From: an uncultured Verrucomicrobiae bacterium
GTDB taxonomy: Bacteria > Verrucomicrobiota > Verrucomicrobiia > Opitutales > JABDGR01
NCBI GenBank assembly: GCA_963765205.1
Contig: CAVXVB010000009.1
Coordinates: 896,001 to 960,000, forward strand
Length of the DNA stretch: 64,000 nt
Direction of reading: 5' to 3'
Below, piece after piece: positions 31,766 through 42,238 of this stretch (the first letter of the stretch is position 1; each line of letters starts with the position of its first letter). Made by a program: the position numbers and the translations under genes. The notes beneath the pieces were generated by a model. The model made no database searches. It was not told the DNA's origin and was given only the letters and a program-made list of their open reading frames with translations.

Positions 31766-32722
31766 TCACACATCGCGCGCACAGCGAAAGCCGGTGTTGC
31801 CGGTCGAGCTGTCGGGCGTATTCGAGGTGCGCGCGCCGACGCGGTAGCGATTGCAATAAGAATGATGGCAGAGGTAGCTGCCGCCACGAATCACCTTGCG
31901 GTCGCCCGCTGGCGGACCGGTGGGGTCTGTGCGCAGACCGGTGACATGAAAGCTCGCGCTGAACCAGTCGTGGCACCATTCCCAAATGTTGCCTGCCACG
32001 TTGTAGAGGCCGTAGCCGTTGGCCAAAAAACTTTTCGCGGGCGCGGTGCCGCGGTAGCCGTCCTCGGCGGTGTCATGCGAGGGAAACGGCCCCTGCCAGA
32101 TGTTGCACATGTGCTTGCCGCCCGGCGTCAGTTCGTCGCCCCAGGCGAAACGTTTTTGCACAAGGCCGCCGCGCGCCGCGCATTCCCACTCGGCTTCGGT
32201 CGGCAAACGCTTGCCCGCCCAGGCGCAGTAGGCGCGCGCGTCATTCCATGAAACATGCACGACCGGATGGTCCCAGCGTCGTTTGATATTTGAACCCGGC
32301 CCCTCGGGATGCCGCCAGGTCGCGCGGTCCACCCGGCACCACCATTCCGCGCCCGCCACGCGTTGGGTCACCCGCGCTAATTGCGCAGGCGTCAGGAAAA
32401 GATGGAACACAAACGACCAGCCGAAACGCTCAGCCTCGGTCTGGTAGCGCGTGGCGTTGACGAATTCATTGAACTGTTCATTCGTCACACAGGTGGCGTC
32501 CAGATGGAACGGTTGCAACGTGACGGCGCGTACCGGAACTTCGCCATCGTGCGGCCAGCCATCGGCGTCCTGCGCACCCATCAGAAATTCCCCGCCCGGA
32601 ATTAGCCGCATCCCGCTGTGTGCCCCGGAACGCACGCGCACGAAATCCGAATCCGCGACGATCGCCGCGGACGCGGACACCTCCGGCGCGCGGGCCGGAG
32701 TGCAGCAGGAATTGCCATTCAT
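31766..32722 (-). CDS. formylglycine-generating enzyme (SUMF1/FGE)
   Basis: HPVVHVSWNDA, RLPTEAEWE, GNIWEW, RGGSYLCHHSYCNRYR with both catalytic Cys, GFRC. Confidence 0.93.
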   Translation of the reverse strand: MNGNSCCTPARAPEVSASAAIVADSDFVRVRSGAHSGMRLIPGGEFLMGAQDADGWPHDGEVPVRAVTLQPFHLDATCVTNEQFNEFVNATRYQTEAERFGWSFVFHLFLTPAQLARVTQRVAGAEWWCRVDRATWRHPEGPGSNIKRRWDHPVVHVSWNDARAYCAWAGKRLPTEAEWECAARGGLVQKRFAWGDELTPGGKHMCNIWQGPFPSHDTAEDGYRGTAPAKSFLANGYGLYNVAGNIWEWCHDWFSASFHVTGLRTDPTGPPAGDRKVIRGGSYLCHHSYCNRYRVGARTSNTPDSSTGNTGFRCARDV

Positions 32723-32865
32723 GGGGTGGCCCCATCGTCTTGCGCAAACCCGCGCCCGTCAATCATCCAGACAGAGGAGAAATGCTGATCGCTGAATGCA
32801 GTAACCGATTTAAACATCAACCAGCAATCAACAATCAGGAACTCCTGCTCCCCGCTCCCTGCTCC

Positions 32866-35800
32866 TCACGCCGCGCGCAGTTGCTGGAGTTCCTCGTTCA
32901 CCCGGTCGAGCAATTGGACGAATTGTTCGCAGCGCTGGCGCCAAAGATCCACGCCCAAATCATCGTGATGATATTCAATTTCCTCGCCCAGCTTCACCAG
33001 AGCCGGCAACCCCAACAGGCCGAGCGACCCACGCAAGTAATGCGAGATGCGCTGGATGGTTGCCAGATCGTCCGTCCCCATGGCGCGGCGCAATTGCGGC
33101 AACTTGGTCGCCAGGGCTTGCAGGCAGAGGTTGACAACCTGTTGTTGGGTTTCAGGGTCGGAGCCAATGTGCTCGGCCATCTTGTTAAATTGCACCAGCG
33201 GGGACGTTTCTTCAACCACGGACACAAGCGCCTCGGCGGATGTGGCCGCGGCGGGAACTTGCGCGGAAACCAAGGCCGGCACGGGTAAGGGCGAACTCGC
33301 CGCCCCGCCGATGATTTCCACTACCGGTTGCTTCGGGGCTTCCGCCTTGGGCGCGGCCATGGTCGGACGGCCATACTTTTCAACCAGCGCGAGGAACCGC
33401 TCGCGATTCAGCGGCTTGGAAATATAGCCATCCATGCCGTAGGAAAGGCATTCCTCCTCCGTGCCCTTGAGCGCATGCGCGGTCATGGCAATGATGGGAA
33501 TGTGGCCGCCCTGGGTTTTTTCCACAGCCCGGATGTGGCGGGTCGCGGTGTGGCCGTCCATCACCGGCATCTGGATATCCATCAAAATAAGGTCATAGGA
33601 ATTTTTCTTCCATTCCGCGACCGCTTGCGCGCCGTCGTTGACGGTGACACTGTGGTGGCCGCGCTTGGTGAGCAAACCGCGCGCGACTTCGCGGTTGATC
33701 GGGTTGTCCTCCACCACGAGCACCCGCACGCCGTGCGCGATGGGGGCCACCGGTTCAGGAGCGGCGGCGGGTGGGGTGTTCATCCTTTGCTGGGCGAGTG
33801 CGCCACAAATGGCCTGCAGCAAAGCACGCTGGCCAACGGGCTTGGTCAGCACGGCTTGAATCCCCATTGTGTCACAGCGTTGGAGGTCGCTCGCCCGATA
33901 GGCAGAGGAAAGCATCATAATCGCCGGGCCATGAAACTCGGACTTTTGCTTGATGGCCCGGGCCACGTCAAAACCGTCCATTTCCGGCATCAGGGCGTCC
34001 AGCAAAATTAAGTCATAACCTTGACCCGCCAACACCGATGCCGCGACGGCGCTCAGCGCCTCTGCGCCGGACGTTGCGAGAGTGACCTGCGCACCCCAGT
34101 TTTGTAAAACAGTTTGCAGAATGATCCGGTTAGTTTCATTGTCGTCCACCACCAGGACGCGCCGGTTGCACAGCGATTCAGCCGCCCCCAGTTGGTCCCG
34201 CGGGATACCCGACTTGGCTTCGGGTAATAGAATGGAAAAATGGAAAATGCTGCCTTTGCCAACTTCGCTTTCCACCCAAAGTCGGCCGCCCATTTGCTGG
34301 ACGAGCCGCTGGGAAATGCTCAGGCCCAGCCCGGTCCCGCCATAAAGCCGCGAGGTTGAACCGTCGGCCTGCCGGAAGGCTTCGAAGATCACTTCCTGCT
34401 TGTCGGCGGGAATGCCGATGCCGGTGTCGCGGATGCGGAAATGCAACTGCCGCTTCCCTGCGCTCTCCCCCTCGTTGTCCACCGTCAGCACCACCTCGCC
34501 CTGCGGGGTAAATTTGAGCGCGTTGGAAACGAGGTTGGAAACAATTTGGCGACGCGGCCCGCATCGCCCACCAAGCCATCGGGCACGTCGGTGCGCGCGA
34601 GCACCCCCAACTCGAGGTTCTTTTCCGCCGCGCGCAAGGCGAAGCTCTTCATCGTGTCGTCCAGACAGTCGCGCAGCGAGAAGGGCGCTTCATCCAAGAA
34701 AAATTTGCCCGCTTCGAGCTTCGAGAAATCCAGGATGTCGTTGACGATGCCCAGGAGCGCGTGGGCGGAGTTTTGCACCATGCCAAGGTAGTCGCGTTGC
34801 TGGGCGGTGAGTTGGGTGTCGAGCGCGAGCTCGACCATGCCGATAACGCCGTTCATTGGCGTGCGGATTTCGTGGCTCATGTTGGCCAGGAACTCGCTCT
34901 TGACCGTGGCGGCGCGCTCGGCTTCGCGCCAGGCGGCTTCCGCGCTGGCTTTTTCGGCTTCGAGTTCGCGTGTGCGGGCTTCCAATTCTTTGCTGCGTTC
35001 CAGCAGGCGCGAACTCAGCACAGCGCTGTAGAGCAGGTTGCTCGCGGTGTTCGTCAGCCGCACGGCGTCGAGCGCGCGCCGCTGGTCAAAGTCTACGTCG
35101 AGCACGCCGACTTGCTTGCCCTGGAAGGCAACCCCCATCCGCATCAGGCTTTGACCGGGGGCCAGCAAATCGTCCACCCAAGCTTGCCCCGGGCGCTCAT
35201 GTACCAGCGCGGCGGGCGCTTCCTGCGCCTTGGCGCCGGATCGGGCCAACCAGACCCGGCGTGGCCCTTCGCGCGCCTCCAGGCGAAAGAGTTTGATGTC
35301 CAGCTTGCGCCGAATCTGATCCAGCACTCCGGCGGCGCCATTTATTTCTGACACACTGGTGATGGCGGATTGGAAGGAAGAGAAAACGTGCTGGGTGGTG
35401 TTCGCCACCGAATCACGATAATCCCGATAATTGTCAATGTAACCTTCGGCGCGCAATTCGGACAGACAATGCGCGACAAAATCCTCCCGCTGCTGGACAC
35501 TGGCCAGGCGGTCTGGACCGACGTGGAAGTAAGTTTCGAGTTTGGCCAAGGCGAAATGGAAGTAAATGTCGTTTTTGCCCAGGTAGATCAATTCACGCAC
35601 GCCCTGCCGGAGAGTGGCCACCGGGTCGGCGCTGGCCGCCGCAGTCGCGGTGACCATGCGCAAAATTTCGCTTGTGCGCCGCCGCACGAACGGCCCGGCG
35701 CTATCCATATACACCGCGACAGCGGGCTGGATTATGGCGGGAGGAATGCGCTCACCGGTGGCCAGCGTCTCGTCCACCACGTTGGCCAGTGCCCGGCATG

Positions 35801-36626
35801 ATTGACGGTAAACATGATGTGGAGTGATGACCCGGTGCGTCCCGCGCGCAAAGGGCCGCCCCTTCGCCTCCCACAACATTTGCACCGCCTGGTAGCCGTA
35901 TTCATAGCCTGGCTGCACCACGGTGGTGAGCGGCGGATCCAGCAACGCGGGGTCGCAATGCTCCCAAAACGAAAAATTGTCGAAGCCCGTGACCGACACA
36001 TCGTGCGGCACCTCGAGGCCATGCCGCTGCAGGGCGACGATCGCGCCATGGGCCAGCAGGTCATTCGCGCACACCACCGCGGTGCCGCGCCCGCCGCGGG
36101 CCAGAAATTGCTCCATCGCCCCGTCGCCATCCGTAGTCAGCCAGTTGCCGGCGGAGAGAAAATTTTCCCGCGGGCATGCGATGCCCATCCGCGCCAGCGC
36201 CCGTACGAAGCCCTGGCGGCGCAGTTCGTTTTCGGGATTGGCGGCGGGGCCGCCCAGAAAAATAAAATCCCGATGGCCGAGGCGCGCGAGATAATCCACC
36301 ATGCCTTCGATGGCGCCGGAATTGTCCACTGTGATTTGGGCATAGGCCGCGTTCAGATCATAGGCCGATACGACGATCGGCACACCGCGTTCATGCCATT
36401 TCGCCAGTTGCTCCAAGTCGTGGCGGTCTTCGGGCCGGTCCGCCAGCACGCCATCGAGCTTTAATCCATCCACGAGGCCAAAATGCCGGAATACAATGAT
36501 CCGAGACCCCAACTCTCGTGCCGCCAGACTCGCACCCAAGGCCACGGCCGTTGAATTGCCTTGTTGAAATGGGGAAAAAATACCGAAGAGCGGAGATTGC
36601 ATGGCAGTTAGCTTTACGCCCAGCAT
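32866..36626 (-). CDS. hybrid sensor kinase: LacI-type sugar-binding domain, HisKA, HATPase, two REC, HPt; one-base frameshift near 34552
   Basis: [41 protein letters not shown](V)[15 protein letters not shown] restored by adding one base; DTGIG, GTGLGL; two REC Asp motifs; HYLRGS. Confidence 0.88.
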
Positions 36627-36919
36627 AGAGTAATTCCTTCCTTCTGCCCATCAGGTAAACCCTGTAGTATCCATTCTTTTTATCGGCAAATATTCATCTG
36701 CTGGCATTCTATTTCAAACATGGTTTTATTAACGTTACTTTCCACCACCATCTACCTTATAAGACTATCCATACAAGCAGCTTGTGTATTTTTTTTGTTT
36801 TTCAAATCGGGATTCATTTGCCGCAGCTTAACTAAGGCATATTCCTCAGCTAAGTGATAGGGAGTCAAAATCCGCTGACTTGATTGCAATTTTCCCGGTA
36901 AATCCGCATTCACTTCATT

Positions 36920-37591
36920 CTATGAGACCTGCGAACCGGGAAATGGCCGCGCCAAACGCTCGCTGAGCGCAACGGCGATTAGGGCTATAACGAGCGAGGC
37001 AGCCATCAAGTCCAATGCGGCGGCGTTATCCCCGAGCACCACATCGGTGTAAATGGCGAGCGGGATCGTGGTAGTGCACCCCGGGATGTTGCCCGCGAAG
37101 ACGATGGTCGCGCCGAATTCGCCCAGCGCGCGGGCGAAGCCCAGCATGACCCCGGCGAGCACCCCGCGCCGCGCCAACGGCAGCGTGATTTGCCAGAATA
37201 CTTTCCACGGGCCGGCACCGAACGTCCGCGCCGCGTCCTCCAATTGCGCGTCCACCGATTCAAAGCCCACGCGCGCCGTGCGCACCACCAGCGGAAAAGA
37301 CATCACCGCCATGGCCACCACCACCGCCTTCCAAGTGAACACAATCTCCACTCCCAGCCAATTTTCCAACGCCACGCCGAGCCAACTGTTGCGGCCCAAC
37401 AGCAACAGCAGGGCAAAACCCGTCGCCACTGGCGGAAGCACCAGCGGCGCCGTCACCAAAGTTTCCACCAGCGCCTTGCCCCGCCAGTGTTTGCGCGCGA
37501 GCAGCCACGCCAGCGCCAGCGCACCGGGCAGCGAGACCGCCACGGCCAGCACCGCCAGCGCCACCGTGAACAGTATTACATCCCAATTCAT
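36920..37591 (-). CDS. modB: molybdate ABC transporter permease
   Basis: PLVLPPVATG, LEDAARTFG, FARALGEFGAT. Confidence 0.92.
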   Translation of the reverse strand: MNWDVILFTVALAVLAVAVSLPGALALAWLLARKHWRGKALVETLVTAPLVLPPVATGFALLLLLGRNSWLGVALENWLGVEIVFTWKAVVVAMAVMSFPLVVRTARVGFESVDAQLEDAARTFGAGPWKVFWQITLPLARRGVLAGVMLGFARALGEFGATIVFAGNIPGCTTTIPLAIYTDVVLGDNAAALDLMAASLVIALIAVALSERLARPFPGSQVS

Positions 37592-38394
37592 TGGACAGAG
37601 GCGGAGGTCGGAGCGGGTGCCGGTCGGATCGTGGCGGGTTTGTCCGGCAACGTAAAGCCATAACGCACAAAGACGGCGCGCGCCGCGTCACTGAGCAGAA
37701 AGTCGCGCACTTTCGCCGCGGCCGCGGCGTGGCGCGTGGCCTTCACAATGGCGATGGGATAATTGATCGCCGGGGCGTCTGGCCCGGAGGCCGCAAATAC
37801 TTCGCGCACCTTCTTCTCTGCTGCCGCGTCTGTGCGGTAAACCACGCCGAGATCCACATTATTCGAGACCACCGCCGCCAGGACAGTGCGCACATTGTCG
37901 AGCGGCACCAGCTTGCTTTGCACCGCCCCGAGGACTTTGGCTTTGTCGAGATATTCCGTCGCGTAATGGCCGGCTGGCACCGTTTCGGGATCGCCGATGC
38001 CGATGTGTTTGATGATGTCCTGCGTCAGGGCGTTTACATCGGCAATTTTCAATTTGCTGTCGGCCGGCACGACGAACACCAGCGCGTTGCCCAGCAGTTT
38101 GGCGCGGGTGCCCGGCTGGAGCAGGCCCGCCTTGTCCAGCCCGTCCATCGTGTCATCGTCAGCGGAAATAAAAAGGTCGCTGGGCGCGCCGTTTTTGATT
38201 TGCAGGGCCAGCACGCCGGAGGCGGCGAGATTCGGCGTGAGCGTCACGTCCGTTTGCTTGAGGCACAGCGGCGCGAGTTCCGCCAGCACGTCCTTCAGGC
38301 TGGCCGCCGCCGCCACGAGCACTTCGTCCCCGCGCGCAGGCTGGCCCAGCATCCCCAAATAACAAATCAAGCCGAGACAGATTTTGGCGTTCAT
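37588..38394 (-). CDS. modA: molybdate ABC transporter substrate-binding protein
   Basis: AAASL, ASG..QIKNGAP.DLFISA, DPETVPAGHYA, VYRTD, INYP. Confidence 0.92.
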   Translation of the reverse strand: MNAKICLGLICYLGMLGQPARGDEVLVAAAASLKDVLAELAPLCLKQTDVTLTPNLAASGVLALQIKNGAPSDLFISADDDTMDGLDKAGLLQPGTRAKLLGNALVFVVPADSKLKIADVNALTQDIIKHIGIGDPETVPAGHYATEYLDKAKVLGAVQSKLVPLDNVRTVLAAVVSNNVDLGVVYRTDAAAEKKVREVFAASGPDAPAINYPIAIVKATRHAAAAAKVRDFLLSDAARAVFVRYGFTLPDKPATIRPAPAPTSASVQ

Positions 38395-38417
38395 GGGGGC
38401 AGCAAAATAAAAAACGG

Positions 38418-38441
38418 CGATATATACAAGTAAATATAACG
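38418..38441. promoter_or_regulatory. ModE operator box upstream of modA
   Basis: CGATATATACAAGTAAATATAACG (reverse CGTTATAT-N8-ATATATCG) fits the ModE palindrome; lies between modE and modA. Confidence 0.75.
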
Positions 38442-38445
38442 GTTT

Positions 38446-38805
38446 TCAGAAGCGGAGCAGGCGGACCAGCCTTTGCCGGTCCAGACGGGTGGCCTTCATA
38501 CTTTGGGCTTCGATGGCCCGATAAAGGTGGAGGACCCGCGCCCCGGTGGCGGTCAATTTTGCTCCGCCGCGCCGGCGTCCGCCCCGCACCGTCTCCACCA
38601 GCGGCTGGACGAAACCGCCGTTCATCTTTTTCACCAGCAGCCAGGCCCGCATATAGGACATGCCCATCCCTTTGGCCGCATCCGCAATCGAACCGGCTTG
38701 CTGGATGTGATCGAGCAACGCCGCCTGGCCGGGGCCAAAGGCAAAGCGCGGGCCGACGGAAAGGCGGAAGCGGGCTTCCAGCACCGGACGGGCTTGCTTT
38801 TTCAT
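38446..38805 (-). CDS. modE: ModE-family regulator (winged HTH only)
   Basis: FGPGQAALL..GSIADAAKGMGMSYMRAW..GG..GGAKLT; no TOBE/molybdate-binding domains. Confidence 0.88.
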   Translation of the reverse strand: MKKQARPVLEARFRLSVGPRFAFGPGQAALLDHIQQAGSIADAAKGMGMSYMRAWLLVKKMNGGFVQPLVETVRGGRRRGGAKLTATGARVLHLYRAIEAQSMKATRLDRQRLVRLLRF

Positions 38806-38818
38806 CGGGAGGCCTCTC

Positions 38819-39379
38819 CTACTCGCGCAAGTGCTTCAGGCACTCGCAAATGGCGGGCGCAAGAATGGTCAGGCACTCGCGCACGGCCTTCGGGCTGCCG
38901 GGCAGGTTGATGACCAGCGATCGACCGCGCACCCCCGCCATCGCCCGCGACAATATGCTCGTCGGCGCAATGTCGAATGAGCGCATCCGCATGATTTCGC
39001 CAAAGCCGGGCAGTTCTTTTTCCAAAACCTCCCGCGTGGCCTCCGGCGTGACATCGCGCGCCGCCGGGCCGGTGCCCCCGGTGGTGACGACGAGCGTGCA
39101 AGTTTCGTCGTCGCACAGGCCCCGCAACGCCGCGGCAATTTGCGGTCGTTCGTCGGGCACCAGTGCGCGCGCGAATTGCGCCGCGCCGCCAAAGAGCGCG
39201 GCCAGCGCTTCCTCGATGGCCGGGCCGCTCAAGTCCTCATACACGCCCGCGCTGGCGCGGTCGCTGATGGTGAGGCGGCCGATTTTGACGGATGGCGTTG
39301 GTGTAGGGGCGCAGACTTGCTGCGCCCGTGGTTTTGCTTTCCTGGGAGTTGGAGAATTCAACTTTGCGGAACGGGCCAT
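38819..39379 (-). CDS. mog: molybdopterin adenylyltransferase
   Basis: ISDRASAGVYEDLSG, TTGGTG..RDVTPEA, LSRA, NLPGSPKAVREC. Confidence 0.88.
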   Translation of the reverse strand: MARSAKLNSPTPRKAKPRAQQVCAPTPTPSVKIGRLTISDRASAGVYEDLSGPAIEEALAALFGGAAQFARALVPDERPQIAAALRGLCDDETCTLVVTTGGTGPAARDVTPEATREVLEKELPGFGEIMRMRSFDIAPTSILSRAMAGVRGRSLVINLPGSPKAVRECLTILAPAICECLKHLRE

Positions 39380-39380
39380 T

Positions 39381-39833
39381 TTATTTTTTGGTTTTACTGA
39401 GCAACCGCACCTTTTCAATAACCATGCCCTTGTCCACACTCTTCAACATGTCGTAAAGCGCGAGCGCGGCAACGCTCGCGGCGGTCAGCGCCTCCATCTC
39501 GACCCCCGTGCGCGCGCCGGTGCTCGCCTCGGCGCGGATGACGATGTGGTCGTCACCCACTTCAAAATCAATCCGGGCATGATGCAGCGGCAGCGGGTGG
39601 CAGAGCGGAATCAACTCTGCCGTACGCTTGGCGGCCTGGATGCCCGCCACGCGGGCCACCGCGATCGCATCGCCCTTGGGCAGGGCGTGCTCGCGCAGAT
39701 GGGCAATCGTCGCCGGCGCGCAGCGCAGCACGGCCTCCGCCACAGCGCGGCGCGACTGCACGGGCTTGGGCGCAACGTCCACCATGCGCGCGGCGCCGGT
39801 GGAGTCGAGATGGGTGAAGCGGGATTTGCTCAT
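39381..39833 (-). CDS. moaC: cyclic pyranopterin monophosphate synthase
   Basis: [35 protein letters not shown]. Confidence 0.95.
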   Translation of the reverse strand: MSKSRFTHLDSTGAARMVDVAPKPVQSRRAVAEAVLRCAPATIAHLREHALPKGDAIAVARVAGIQAAKRTAELIPLCHPLPLHHARIDFEVGDDHIVIRAEASTGARTGVEMEALTAASVAALALYDMLKSVDKGMVIEKVRLLSKTKK

Positions 39834-39839
39834 GGGTCG

Positions 39840-41081
39840 TTATCCGCCAAAGACGATAAAGGTGTCAACCAGGCTGCCCGCCGGCAATTCCATTGTGTCG
39901 GGAGGAACCAGAATCAGCGCATTCACGCCGACCAGCGCGGCCAGATGGCCGGAGTTGTTCCACGCCCGCGGGCGGACTAAGTTAACTCCCTTTGTTTTGT
40001 CGTAGGTCAGCGTGGCGGGCCAGTAGGTGGGCCGGCGGTTCGCGCAGTTTAAGAGTGGCTCAACGAGGGCCAATGGTTTGAGCCGGTGCAATTCATCCAG
40101 ACCCCGCAGGCGGGCCAAAGCGTGGTGGACGAACAAATGATAGCACACAAAATGCGAGACCGGGTTGCCCGGCAGGCCAAAGGCGATTTGCCGCCCGCGA
40201 AAACCCACCAGCAGCGGCCGACCAGGCCGGCTGTTGATTTTGCGGACGGGCAGTTCGTAACCCGCGCCTTCGAGAATCCGCGCCGCGTAGTCGTGCTCGC
40301 CGACGCTCGCACCGCCGGAAATGAGCACGACATCAGTGGAGGCGAAAGGCTCCGCGGCCAGCCGCGCCGCGGCGCGCGCTGGGTCGTCGCCCCAATGCTC
40401 CTGATGAATGTTGGCCGCCGGGACGAGGCCCTGCACCGTGCCTTGCAACAAGGCCGCAATCAAAACCTGGTTGCTGTTTCGAATTTGGCCGGGGCCGGGC
40501 ACCGACTCCGGCGGGACGATTTCGTCGCCCGTCGTCGCGTGCGCCACGCGCGGCATGGCATTGACCAGCGGGGGCACCTCGCCAATCGAAGCCAGCAACG
40601 CGAGTTCCACCGCGCCCATATAGGCGCCCTGCGCCAGCAAAACCTCGCCTGCGCGCGCGTCACTGCCGCGCACCCGCACGTTCTCGCCCGGTTCAACCCG
40701 GCGGTTCACATGAATGAATTCGCCTTCGACGCGCGCTTCCTCCTGCATCAAGACCGCGAGGCCGGGCGCCGGCAACGCTGCACCCGTAAAAATGCGCAAA
40801 GCTTCGCCTGTACCCGGCGTGCGCGCCGCGACTTCGCCCGCCTTCACGACGCCGATGACACGATATTTCGCGGGAGCGTCCGACGGAATAAACGCGTAAC
40901 CGTCCATCGCCGAGCGGTCGAACGGCGGTTGGTCGGCATCGGCCTTGACCTCCGTGGCCAGCAAATACCTGTGCGCCTGGAGCAACGGCAAGCGCTCGGG
41001 AGCGAGCGGCTGCACGCGCTCATCAAGCAGTCGCCACACATCCGCGACCGAGGCATCGGAAACTGGAGTTTTTTCCGCCAT
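39840..41081 (-). CDS. moeA: molybdopterin molybdotransferase
   Basis: PPFDRSAMDGYA, TGDE, SGGASVG, GLPGNPVS. Confidence 0.93.
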   Translation of the reverse strand: MAEKTPVSDASVADVWRLLDERVQPLAPERLPLLQAHRYLLATEVKADADQPPFDRSAMDGYAFIPSDAPAKYRVIGVVKAGEVAARTPGTGEALRIFTGAALPAPGLAVLMQEEARVEGEFIHVNRRVEPGENVRVRGSDARAGEVLLAQGAYMGAVELALLASIGEVPPLVNAMPRVAHATTGDEIVPPESVPGPGQIRNSNQVLIAALLQGTVQGLVPAANIHQEHWGDDPARAAARLAAEPFASTDVVLISGGASVGEHDYAARILEGAGYELPVRKINSRPGRPLLVGFRGRQIAFGLPGNPVSHFVCYHLFVHHALARLRGLDELHRLKPLALVEPLLNCANRRPTYWPATLTYDKTKGVNLVRPRAWNNSGHLAALVGVNALILVPPDTMELPAGSLVDTFIVFGG

Positions 41082-41094
41082 GGCAGGTCCGGCC

Positions 41095-41487
41095 TCAGGC
41101 CGGCACGACCTCGACTTTCCAGATGGGCACGTCGGTTTTCAAAAGATCCATGAGTTCGGCCAGCGCGGCGAAAGCCTCGCGGCGGTGCGGCGCGGCGACC
41201 GCGGCATAAACCGCGGCCTCGCCAACCGGCACCAGCCCCGAGCGATGCCAGAAGCGCGCGGCGACGAGACCGTGCTTCTTCGCCAGCGCATCCAGATGCG
41301 CAGCAAGCACGCGGCGCGCCATCGCCTCATAAATGTCATAGCGCAGCGCGCCGATTTTCTTGCCGGCTTCCATCGCACGCACGCAACCGTGGAATTCCGC
41401 CCACGCGCCCGCCACCCCGCGCACGCATTCCGGTGGCGGTGGCGGTCCGGCCCAGGCGGCGTCCAAGAATAAAATTTCCATCCACAT
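41095..41487 (-). CDS. moaE: molybdopterin synthase catalytic subunit
   Basis: EFHGCVR, HRSG.VPVGE, HRREAF, LKTDVPIWK. Confidence 0.9.
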   Translation of the reverse strand: MWMEILFLDAAWAGPPPPPECVRGVAGAWAEFHGCVRAMEAGKKIGALRYDIYEAMARRVLAAHLDALAKKHGLVAARFWHRSGLVPVGEAAVYAAVAAPHRREAFAALAELMDLLKTDVPIWKVEVVPA

Positions 41488-41498
41488 GATATTTTATG

Positions 41499-41738
41499 TC
41501 ATCCGCCGGAAACCGGCGGGATCAGCGCCACTTCGTCGGCGTTGGCGAACTCCCCGGCGGGGCCGGCGTAGGTGCCGTTGCGCGCGAGGTGGATGCTGGC
41601 GCGGTAGGGCGCGAGGCCTGGGCGCAGGGCAAGCAGACGCTCCCACAAGGCGTCGGCGGTGAGCGGCGCGGACACTTCCAGCACATCCTCGCGGCGGTCC
41701 AGTGCCTTCGCCACATGCGCGAAATATAGAATCTTCAT
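41499..41738 (-). CDS. moaD: molybdopterin synthase sulfur carrier
   Basis: MKILYFA...DEVALIPPVSGG C-terminal diglycine. Confidence 0.92.
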   Translation of the reverse strand: MKILYFAHVAKALDRREDVLEVSAPLTADALWERLLALRPGLAPYRASIHLARNGTYAGPAGEFANADEVALIPPVSGG

Positions 41739-42005
41739 GACGTGAAAAAGGTCTTTCGTAGGGCGGGGGCTATTCCCGCTTTTTGCCATTTGAGCTTAGT
41801 GATTGATGTAAAGTCACTTGTGAAAAGTGGAGGATGTTGCGCTTACCGATGGGGCAAGCGAGAGGCAACGAACCAAAGAGGACTCTTAAGCCCATTGCCA
41901 CCCATATAATACCCTCGTCGCAACCAGAATCGAGCCGAATAATGCCGTAAGTCCAACCGCAGACCGGGGCGGATATAGAGGGCAAATTATTTACGTCCTC
42001 CGCCT

Positions 42006-42060
42006 CCCAGGGTTTCGCTACGCTCAGCCCTGGGCTAGATTCCTTCGCCCCGTTGGGGCG
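42006..42060. repeat. REP-like double hairpin
   Basis: CCCAGGG..CCCTGGG and CGCCCC-GTT-GGGGCG in an intergenic region. Confidence 0.6.
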
Positions 42061-42238
42061 AAAGCCAAGCTGCCCAAATTCAAACTGACCCAATGCCCGT
42101 TATCTTTAAGGGTTTACTTTTGCCGATTTTTTGGGCATAATGTAAGTTCAGATGCCGCTGCGTTTGTCTCCTTTGAGATGTTCCCATTTGCCCAACGATT
42201 TTCCACCATTTTTCAATCTTCCGCTGAATCCTCGCGCC

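Noticed and set aside
31766..32722. FGE as part of a sulfatase utilisation locus
   Set aside because: No sulfatase (CxPxR) gene in the window; link to the sugar ABC operon is unsupported
34540..34560. Programmed frameshift separating sensor and kinase
   Set aside because: No slippery run; the break falls inside the HATPase N-box region, so neither product is sensible
41770..42093. 107-aa minus-strand ORF upstream of moaD
   Set aside because: Runs through REP-like hairpins with no recognisable protein features
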